This document shows, in pieces, positions 56,678 through 64,000 of a stretch of 64,000 bases of DNA. The stretch is from positions 2,883 through 66,882 of the forward strand of contig JBGSVA010000004.1 in NCBI GenBank assembly GCA_041753155.1, written 5' to 3'. A program made the translations under genes and the position numbers. Origin of the DNA: Thermodesulfobacteriota bacterium. GTDB taxonomy: Bacteria; Desulfobacterota_D; UBA1144; Nemesobacterales; UBA2774. The notes beneath the pieces were generated by a model. It did not search any database and had not been told where the DNA came from. It saw nothing but the letters and a program-made list of their open reading frames with translations. The stretch's first letter is position 1. Each line of letters opens with the position of its first letter.

Positions 56678-59524
56678 TCAGATGGTCAGGATGCGCTCCC
56701 CGCTGTCGTAAACCGTAATCGGACCGTCCTGGGAGACGGTAATTGCGAGACAATGGGCCTCGGCGCTCATCTTGGACGCGCTCGAGTGCCTGGCTCCCTT
56801 GCCGATGCCGATCTCGGCCTGGGTGTCAGCGCTCGGACGGAGGAGCACCATGCAGCCCCTGAACTTGCCTTCTCGGGAATCGATGATCGTCGCCCCGTCC
56901 TGTTTCGCATAATTTATGATCTCGTTGTCCGTAAGCTTCGCTATATCCGTATTGGAGATAGTGGCATAGGGGCTGATCTCGGGAGGGTCCGATTTTTTCA
57001 ATATCTTATCGGATTCCCCCAGGACGAAAATCGCCCCCAGGTTCCTCTCCGACATGAGAAACGCGCAGCGGAAGATACGTCTCAGGAGCTGGACGTCGTA
57101 CTTTTTTTTCAGTGCGAGCCTGTCCACGGTCTCATCGATTTGCGGGAGGTTCTCGGCCATCCAGTTCCCGTTCGAATACCGCGCCACCATCTCCCCCCCT
57201 GAAAATACCCGGACCTGCCTCCCTCCCACCGGCACGAAAAATACGATCGCGTCGCATTTGCTCGATATCGCGGCGTGCTTCCTGAACTGCGGACCGAGGA
57301 GGAAATTCGCCGGACCGTCCGTATCTATCTCCAGCTTATGCACCCTGCGTAAATACCCGTACCTGTCTATGCCGTAGCCCAGCACCACACCGTCCACAAT
57401 TTTCGCGAGGGCGATTACCACCTGCTGCATCCGCCTTATGTGGTCGAACCGGTGAAACTGGATCTCGCTATCGGGCAGCACGCTCGATATGTGCGTCGGG
57501 TCACCGACGATAAGCGCAGTGGAGATCGGCTTTTCCTCACTCTGCATCTGCGCTATGCTGGCCGCGGTCTCGCAAATATTCACCATCGACAGCGCGTCTA
57601 TCCCCTTCGAGCGCGCCAGGTCGAGCAAAAACCCGATACCAGCCTCTTCCATCCACGCCGTCAGTATGTCCTGTTTTTCGAGAAGGTCGCGGAGCTGGTC
57701 CGGATCGAGCTGTACCAGCGTTATATCGTCTTTTTCGATCCGGTGAGTATCGGGATACATCGCGTCGATGTATAACGAGTATTTCCGGAGTATCTCGGCG
57801 CGGTCATTCCGTTCGAGCTCCCCGGTATCGGAGCCGTACCCGCTAAAAGGCTTGTCGATCAGCGTGTATGCCTCTACCCTCTCCCAGACGTTCAACCGGT
57901 TATTCACATCGGAAACCGAACTGTCGATTATCGCTTTAACCTCCGGATGGAATGAATCGAGCGGCTGGCCGCCGTTCCGATGAGACGGGTTATTCTCGGC
58001 CAGACGCTCCCCGATCGCCTGAAAATTCGGAACGATCAGCGCGGATACGAATGATTTACCTTCGCCGAAGATAAGGGCCTGCGTAATATAAGGACTGTCG
58101 GCGAGATAATTTTCAATCTTGGACGGAACTATTTTATTCCCGCGGGACAGGAGGAAAATAGACTGTTTGTGTCCGGTCAGGAACAGATACCCGTCCTGAT
58201 CGAACCTTCCCAGGTCGCCTGTGCGGAACCATCCGTCGGGGTCGAATAAGTTCCCCGCGTCGTTGGGGGTATTCCAGTAGTCGGCTGCGACCGTCTCGCC
58301 CCTGACCAGAACCTCGCCCTCGTCCGATATCCTGATCTGAAACCCGGGCGCCACCTGTCCGCAGGAACCCGTCCTTCTCGCATACGGGCGGCTGACGGAG
58401 AGAAAACCGCCCGCCTCGACCACCGAATATACGTTCAGCGGCAGAAGGCCTATCGCCTCGGCAAAACCCGAGAGCTCCTTCGTCAGATGTGCCCCCGCGC
58501 AATAGATACGCTGGAGCCTGCCTCCCAGGATAGCTCTCATCCTTCCGAAGAAAACCATGTCCGCCCTCGTATACCGCTCGCGGAGCTCCTTTGATGCCGT
58601 GGATTCCGTGGAACGGTATTGCCTCCCGAGAGCGAGCGCCCACTGGAAGATCTTGCGTCTCGACTCGGGCATCTGGTCAAGCTCGTCCATAATACGCCTG
58701 TAGATGTTCTCGAGCGCGAAGGGGCTCGTCATCGTTACGGTGGGGCTCGTTTGCTGAAGGCCTTCAAAAACAGTGTCCACACCCCCGGCAAGGGCGTTCC
58801 CGACACCCGAGAGCAGGTACCTGAAAGCCGTCACGAAGCTCGTGAAATTACTCCAGCTCAAGGTAGTAAAACCGAGGTCGAATTCATCGAGCGTCAGCCA
58901 TTCGGAAACATGCGTGAGCGAACGAAGAATACGGTCGTGAGAAAAGAGAGCGCCCCTCGGGGTTCCGGTTTCCTTTGCGGTGTAAAAAATGAACGCGGGC
59001 GATTCCGGCTCTATGCCTTCGGCGCGGGATTTCAAAGCCTCGAAGTCCTCCTCCGTGAATGCGCCCCCGGTGAGGGAAGCTAAAGGGATCAGCGGACTGC
59101 CGCCTCCCTCGAATTTCTCCATAACCACGATTGCCGGGCGGTTTTCGCACATAGCTTCGATGCCCAGGGCCTGATCCATGTCCTCTGCGAATATCAGCGA
59201 CGCTGACGAATCTTTCAGTATGCGTCCCAGGAGCTCGGTTTTAACGTTCGTGTCAACCGGTATTACGACTCCGCCCGAGAGGAGTGAGGCGATGCACGCT
59301 GCCATCCATTCAGGAGAATTTTCCGCAAGGATTATCACACGCGAGCCCGGAGCGAACCCCCGGTTAGAAAGGTGCAGGGAAAGCCGCAGGGCAAGATTCT
59401 TTAACTCCTCGAATGAAATGTCCCTGTATTTTCCGTCGCGTTTGCTCTTGAAGCAGACCCTCGCCGGATAGGCTTCGAACGCCCGTATGACCGCTTGACT
59501 CAGGTTCCTGGGACTCTTTTTCAT
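56678..59524 (-). CDS. Degenerate long-chain acyl-CoA synthetase (AMP-binding) domain fused to diadenylate cyclase (DisA_N)-like domains
   Basis: N-terminal about 590 aa FadD/Faa1-like (ENSPEW, GEVLVRG, DGWFRTGDLG, GNKIVPSKIEN); C-terminal GAIFVLG, AKQDGATII, GARHSSA, AITVSQDG. Confidence 0.8.
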   Translation of the reverse strand: MKKSPRNLSQAVIRAFEAYPARVCFKSKRDGKYRDISFEELKNLALRLSLHLSNRGFAPGSRVIILAENSPEWMAACIASLLSGGVVIPVDTNVKTELLGRILKDSSASLIFAEDMDQALGIEAMCENRPAIVVMEKFEGGGSPLIPLASLTGGAFTEEDFEALKSRAEGIEPESPAFIFYTAKETGTPRGALFSHDRILRSLTHVSEWLTLDEFDLGFTTLSWSNFTSFVTAFRYLLSGVGNALAGGVDTVFEGLQQTSPTVTMTSPFALENIYRRIMDELDQMPESRRKIFQWALALGRQYRSTESTASKELRERYTRADMVFFGRMRAILGGRLQRIYCAGAHLTKELSGFAEAIGLLPLNVYSVVEAGGFLSVSRPYARRTGSCGQVAPGFQIRISDEGEVLVRGETVAADYWNTPNDAGNLFDPDGWFRTGDLGRFDQDGYLFLTGHKQSIFLLSRGNKIVPSKIENYLADSPYITQALIFGEGKSFVSALIVPNFQAIGERLAENNPSHRNGGQPLDSFHPEVKAIIDSSVSDVNNRLNVWERVEAYTLIDKPFSGYGSDTGELERNDRAEILRKYSLYIDAMYPDTHRIEKDDITLVQLDPDQLRDLLEKQDILTAWMEEAGIGFLLDLARSKGIDALSMVNICETAASIAQMQSEEKPISTALIVGDPTHISSVLPDSEIQFHRFDHIRRMQQVVIALAKIVDGVVLGYGIDRYGYLRRVHKLEIDTDGPANFLLGPQFRKHAAISSKCDAIVFFVPVGGRQVRVFSGGEMVARYSNGNWMAENLPQIDETVDRLALKKKYDVQLLRRIFRCAFLMSERNLGAIFVLGESDKILKKSDPPEISPYATISNTDIAKLTDNEIINYAKQDGATIIDSREGKFRGCMVLLRPSADTQAEIGIGKGARHSSASKMSAEAHCLAITVSQDGPITVYDSGERILTI

Positions 59525-59582
59525 CAGTACTCGTTCCCCGGGATCGAACCCTTACTCTTGATGTCGCAGCTCCATGCCCATA

Positions 59583-62297
59583 TCAGTCACCCAGCGCGGA
59601 AACGGCCTCTTTTATGATATTTTCAAGCTGCCGGACGTTTTCCGACCAGTCGTAAGAATCGAAATTATTCAATACGTGTTGTGAGATGTGTTTTAATTCT
59701 TTCCCGGGCCTATTACCGTATTTCTGTATAAAATGCTGGGTCAGGAGAGGGACGTCCTCCATTCTTTCGTTGAGAGAAGGGAGTATTATCTGCGATCCGC
59801 TGAGCTCATTGTACAGGTCTTCCAGGAACAGTCCGTCCTCAACCGACCCCTCAAGCCCGCCGCTCACCCCGGCGATGACACGTACGTCCGCTTTAATCAC
59901 GCGCGAGCTGCCGGGCCGTACAAATTGCCTTTCCTGTAATATTCCCAGTAACGACCTCTGTGCTTTAAGCGAAAGCCCGTCAACATTCCTTATGTACACG
60001 GTACCTTTATTAGCAAGCTCTATACTGCCTATGGAGAGAGAAAGCGCGTTGCTGTTGACCCCCTTCTCTTCAAAACCGAACAGCCGTTTCTCCGCATGAC
60101 CTTCATCGTTACCATTGAGGCTTATCCTGACGAATGGATTTTCAGCGCGCACCGACATCTTGTGTATGGTCTCGGCGAACAAGTGCTTGCCCGTACCGGC
60201 GCCGCCTTTTATCAGAACCGCTGAATCCGCGGGTGCTAACTGCTCCACCATGAACACCGCCTTCCTCAGCAGGAAGCTCTTGCCGATGATACCTTCGAAT
60301 TTCAATTCACCGGCATCATCCTCGGCCGCATACCGCTCTTTACTCTTTAGCCGCTTCTTGAGCATCTCGACCTCGGACATCGCTTCCTGAAGCGCCCATT
60401 TCTGCCTTGCGTTTCCTATCGCGACGGAGATCTGGTCGCCGACGATTTCCAGCAGCTTCAATTCCTCATCATCGAACGCGCCTGTCTGAAACGAGTTTAT
60501 ATTTATCGTGCCGATTGTCTTTCCGGCGTATAGTATGGGCAGGGATAAATAGCATTTTATTCCGAGCTCCCTGCCCGCGGGCCCGATAGCAGTATCCGTT
60601 TCCACGTCGGGACAGTATCTGGGCTTCTCGTCCATTATTACCTTCCATGCATACCCCCTGGGATACGGGATCCTCGACACCCTGTTTATATACCAGTCGA
60701 CGTAACCGCGGTGGGCCTTAAGCACAGCCTCCTCCCCCTCGACAAAATATATCGAGACGCTATCAGCCTTTTCGATGTTCTCGGATATCGCCTGTACGGC
60801 ATTTTCGAGCACGTTCTCGAGGTTCGTCGATTGGTGGACGCTCCTCGTCACCGCGCTGATTATGGTCTCGTACCTGTTTTTCCGGGAGAGATGGCTGAGC
60901 GTCTCGTTCAGGGCTTCTTCGGCGTTCTTCCGCTCCGTGATTTCCCTGCTGAATATGAGTATCCGGGTCTTTCCCCCCATCGTGACGTAGGGCCTTCCCG
61001 TGGCCTCGAACCAGAGCCAGCTGCCGTTTTTGTGCCTGTACCTGTACACTGCGTGTCCCGAGGTCGAAGTACTGATTATCTTTTGGAACTCCGTCATCAC
61101 CGCCGGGCGGTCTTCGGGGTATATCAGCTCGAATATATCCCTTCCGATGAACTCCTGAGGGTCATAGCCGAGGATATCCTTGTGTTTGGAGCTCAGGTAA
61201 AGGAATTTACCGTCAATGCTCGCTTCGTATATGTAGTCATAAGTATTTTCGACCAGCGTACGGAACTTTTCCTCGCTCTCTCTCAAGGATTTTTCCATTC
61301 TCTTCCGCTCCCTCGCTTCCAAGGCGAGGGAAATCAGGTCTGCGATCGACCCCGCGAAGTTCTGGTCTTCGAGGGTCCAGGTCCGCTGCGGGCCCATATG
61401 CTCATGGCATATCAAACCAATCATCCGCCCCTTAAGCCTTATAGGGGCATCGAGCATCGATGCGATTCCTAACGGTTCCAGATACGACTCTTTAAATTCC
61501 GAAGTCCTCGGATCAGTCGAGGCGTCGTGCGCGGCTATTATCCTTTCGTTCTGCAGGGCCTTAAAGTATGTCGGGAAGTCGGATGCCGATAATTCAGCGC
61601 CGTCCGAGTGCTCTCCGCTCCCGGCTTCATACTGCTCGATACAATGGATCCTGGTCCTGTCCTCGTTGTATAACCATATGTTCGCCCTCTCGACTTCGAG
61701 CGTTTTCGTTACAGCTTCGGTTACTTTTATCAGGATCGCATCGAGGTCTCCCTCTTCGATCGCTTCGCTGTTTGCGAGCTCGAGAAGGACTTCATTTTGC
61801 TTTCGCAGCCGCGCCTCGTCGTGGAGCAGCTTCGCAGCCTTTTTAACGTCGGTCAGGTCCCGCACCGCGGCGGTAAAGAACAATATTCCGTTTATCTCCG
61901 TTTCGGTTATGCGGATCCCGAGAGGAAAAACCGACCCGTCTTTTCTGAGCCCCTCCAGCTCAAGCCTTCTACCCAGGACTACCGCCTCTCTCGTGTCGAG
62001 ATAGCGCTTCATTCCGGCTTTGTGAGCGCCCCTGTACTTCTCGGGCATGAGGACGGCCAGGTCCATACCGATTATCTCGTCGCGTTTATATCCCCAGATG
62101 TTCTCGAACTCCCTGTTGACCATTATGACCGTGCCCACGGAATCGATAGTGACGATCCCTTCCCCCACGGTCTCCAAAACCGCCGCCAGATGATATCCCG
62201 AATCCATGACGGAGTCCCTGGATTTACCGCGTTTATTTTTAGGCCACGTATTCATATCGTCTTTTACTCTTTTGATAGTAATCCGGGCATAGGTCAC
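59583..62297 (-). CDS. PAS-GAF-PAS-GAF sensor with degenerate sigma54-activator AAA+ domain, no HTH
   Basis: FixL-like PAS (LMPEKYRGAH..GM.RYL, RKDGSVFP), GAF (YLEPLGIASMLDAPI), PAS (IYPEDR, RHKNGSWLW), GAF (AFDDEELKLL), AAA (GTGK, DVRVIA, LNERMEDVPLL, NVRQLEN). Start could be 62255. Confidence 0.85.
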   Translation of the reverse strand: MTYARITIKRVKDDMNTWPKNKRGKSRDSVMDSGYHLAAVLETVGEGIVTIDSVGTVIMVNREFENIWGYKRDEIIGMDLAVLMPEKYRGAHKAGMKRYLDTREAVVLGRRLELEGLRKDGSVFPLGIRITETEINGILFFTAAVRDLTDVKKAAKLLHDEARLRKQNEVLLELANSEAIEEGDLDAILIKVTEAVTKTLEVERANIWLYNEDRTRIHCIEQYEAGSGEHSDGAELSASDFPTYFKALQNERIIAAHDASTDPRTSEFKESYLEPLGIASMLDAPIRLKGRMIGLICHEHMGPQRTWTLEDQNFAGSIADLISLALEARERKRMEKSLRESEEKFRTLVENTYDYIYEASIDGKFLYLSSKHKDILGYDPQEFIGRDIFELIYPEDRPAVMTEFQKIISTSTSGHAVYRYRHKNGSWLWFEATGRPYVTMGGKTRILIFSREITERKNAEEALNETLSHLSRKNRYETIISAVTRSVHQSTNLENVLENAVQAISENIEKADSVSIYFVEGEEAVLKAHRGYVDWYINRVSRIPYPRGYAWKVIMDEKPRYCPDVETDTAIGPAGRELGIKCYLSLPILYAGKTIGTININSFQTGAFDDEELKLLEIVGDQISVAIGNARQKWALQEAMSEVEMLKKRLKSKERYAAEDDAGELKFEGIIGKSFLLRKAVFMVEQLAPADSAVLIKGGAGTGKHLFAETIHKMSVRAENPFVRISLNGNDEGHAEKRLFGFEEKGVNSNALSLSIGSIELANKGTVYIRNVDGLSLKAQRSLLGILQERQFVRPGSSRVIKADVRVIAGVSGGLEGSVEDGLFLEDLYNELSGSQIILPSLNERMEDVPLLTQHFIQKYGNRPGKELKHISQHVLNNFDSYDWSENVRQLENIIKEAVSALGD

Positions 62298-62515
62298 CGG
62301 AGGCGATTCCTCGCCGTCGGTGTCTCAAACCCCGAAATATTATAAGTGATTCCGGTAAGGTTGTTAATAATACCCCGGAACCTTTTTATGTTCTTTACAT
62401 ACAAGAGCAGTAACGCCCCCTATAACAGGGCCGGGAAGTGGTTGTACGACGAAGCGGGCGGCAGGGTCGGAGATATTCCCCGCGCGCTGTCGCGGTTCTT
62501 GAACCCGGGCGTGAC

Positions 62516-63205
62516 CTATTCCGAAGTACAGTTGGAAAGAAAATCGGGCAGGCTTTGCTGTACCCCCGGCAGGTCCGTCCAGCAGTCCTCATCGGGCGTG
62601 CATTCGAGCATAAACGCCCAGTGGGTGACCTGGTTCGAAGAGGTGCCGGAAGCCATCTGCATGTTGAATGTCCAGTCGTTTCCCTTGAGCACCATTTCCC
62701 CCGTCCCCGTCGTGAGCGAAGGCGAGCCTACGGGCGGATCGGTGAGAGAATTGAAGGACATATAAACGCTCCCGCTCGGCGTTATGGAGCCTATGAAATA
62801 CTGACACTGCGGCGGATGCAGACCGAGCTGCGCAACGACGGTCCCGAAGAAATATCCGCCCTCGTAATTCTCTATATGCCAGACGGTCTGGTCCAGAATA
62901 GGCGAATAATTCTGGGGGTCGGACGAATCCCATTCTACGGCGGGCAGGTTAGCGTTGGGTACGTACCAGTAAGTCCCCTCCCCCTCTCCGAGCCACCTCC
63001 ACCGCGGGGGCTTGACCCCCGGAGCCTGGGCGATGCCGCTCAGATCTACAACAATCTCATTGGGCTTGCATTCCTCGGGACGGAGCTTTACGATTCCGCT
63101 TTCTTTGTTGGCGCAGAGCACCTCCGCGCTCGCGCTCAGCGGCCCGGAGGAGACAGAAATTATCAATATTGAAAACAAAACCAGCGAATAATTCCGAAAG
63201 CCCAT
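62516..63205 (-). CDS. Secreted hypothetical protein
   Basis: AGGAG RBS, signal peptide; no family recognised. Confidence 0.7.
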   Translation of the reverse strand: MGFRNYSLVLFSILIISVSSGPLSASAEVLCANKESGIVKLRPEECKPNEIVVDLSGIAQAPGVKPPRWRWLGEGEGTYWYVPNANLPAVEWDSSDPQNYSPILDQTVWHIENYEGGYFFGTVVAQLGLHPPQCQYFIGSITPSGSVYMSFNSLTDPPVGSPSLTTGTGEMVLKGNDWTFNMQMASGTSSNQVTHWAFMLECTPDEDCWTDLPGVQQSLPDFLSNCTSE

Positions 63206-63485
63206 AGTTTTCTCCTTTAAACGTTCATTCTGCAGAATTTCATCCCATTACTCAGTTCAAAATATACTGCCGAATCGAATCCGCGACCCCGGCCGGGGCA
63301 AATTTCTAGAATTCGGATAATATTTATCGTGAAAATTAACTCCCCCGGATGTTTACAAAAATCAGGCGTTAATTCGAATCTTTCTTCGGTTTAGGTAATC
63401 TTTAAATGTTTTCAATGGCTTGAAACGGGAATGAAAAGTCCTCACTTCCCGCTTCCGGCAACACATCCTTGGAGTGAGATCGGTC

Positions 63486-64000
63486 ATGACGAAAAGGCTT
63501 CTGCCAGTGCTCATTTATCTGCTGACCGTTATAAGCGGCTGCGCCGCGAAGAACGCCGTTCAACAGAACCCGCCCGAAGAGGAGCAATTCACATTCAGCT
63601 GGGCATACTCCGAGGTAGGTACCATGAAACCGAGAGGGGGCGTGACTACGGGTGCGCCTGTAACCCTGGACAAGTCTCCCAACCCCGGCTTGATCGCCAT
63701 TCGGGAGCCGGGAATTACGAAGTACGAGCGTGACAGGCGCGCTATACTTTCCATGGCCGGAATATACAGGGTCACGTTCAATTTCATTGAAACCATACCG
63801 CTCCGTACCGGATACAAAGTCGACCGCCCCTATCAGTCTTGGGCGACGGAATACATAAAGGTGATCGAGGACAAGGGGAACTTTATAAGCCTCCAGCATA
63901 TACTCGTAATGTATTTCCTCGACGAGGAGGGGAACGTAGAAGGCCCGGCGGTAACCAAGCACTGGCGTCAGGACTGGACTTACGAGGACGTTGAGATACT
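63486..64000 (+). CDS. DUF6607-like lipoprotein (partial, runs off the window)
   Basis: Not in the ORF track. Reads MTKRLLPVLIYLLTVISGC...DRRAILSMAG.Y.V.F.F.ET...ISLQHILV...KHWRQDWTYE. Confidence 0.75.
   Translation, partial: MTKRLLPVLIYLLTVISGCAAKNAVQQNPPEEEQFTFSWAYSEVGTMKPRGGVTTGAPVTLDKSPNPGLIAIREPGITKYERDRRAILSMAGIYRVTFNFIETIPLRTGYKVDRPYQSWATEYIKVIEDKGNFISLQHILVMYFLDEEGNVEGPAVTKHWRQDWTYEDVEI

Noticed and set aside
7752-61472. Long antisense ORFs in the track (e.g. 7752..8540, 10982..11827, 13978..14976, 23468..24619, 30905..31876, 60711..61472)
   Set aside because: Shadow frames of well-supported genes in GC-rich DNA, with no motifs of their own.
63315-63329. Fur-like box GGATAAT-A-TTTATCG between divergent genes
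   Set aside because: Only 11 of 14 matches to the 7-1-7 consensus in an AT-rich spacer; too weak without conservation data.

Overview
Bacterial chromosomal window, mostly GC-rich and diderm (TonB receptor, RND pump, lipoproteins). The gene content would fit a Desulfobacterota/Dadabacteria-like lineage, but that is only an impression. It is mostly housekeeping and envelope genes (ppk2, rtcB, hpf, msrA, ddl, lysA, hemD-hemE fusion, hemH, obgE) with several AT-rich inserts. Main finding 1: a 2.2 kb integrase-less islet sits in tRNA-Pro(TGG), bounded by a perfect 45-bp direct repeat (19697..19741 = 21900..21944). Its only cargo is a retron: a structured ncRNA closed by 12-bp inverted repeats, followed by a retron RT fused to a trypsin-like serine protease with an intact triad (type XI-like). 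Main finding 2: a co-oriented pair of apparently pseudo-enzymatic signalling proteins, a PAS-GAF-PAS-GAF protein with a degenerate sigma54-activator AAA+ domain and no HTH, and a degenerate acyl-CoA-synthetase domain fused to diadenylate-cyclase-like domains. Also present: a tRNA-Arg(TCT) broken at the anticodon loop near the window start, sigma54-type promoters before hpf-rtcB-ybaK and the RND operon, a hicB-hicA pair, a bacterial PUR-domain gene and several REP-like repeat families. No CRISPR array was seen. All protein calls come from motif recognition by eye, not database searches.
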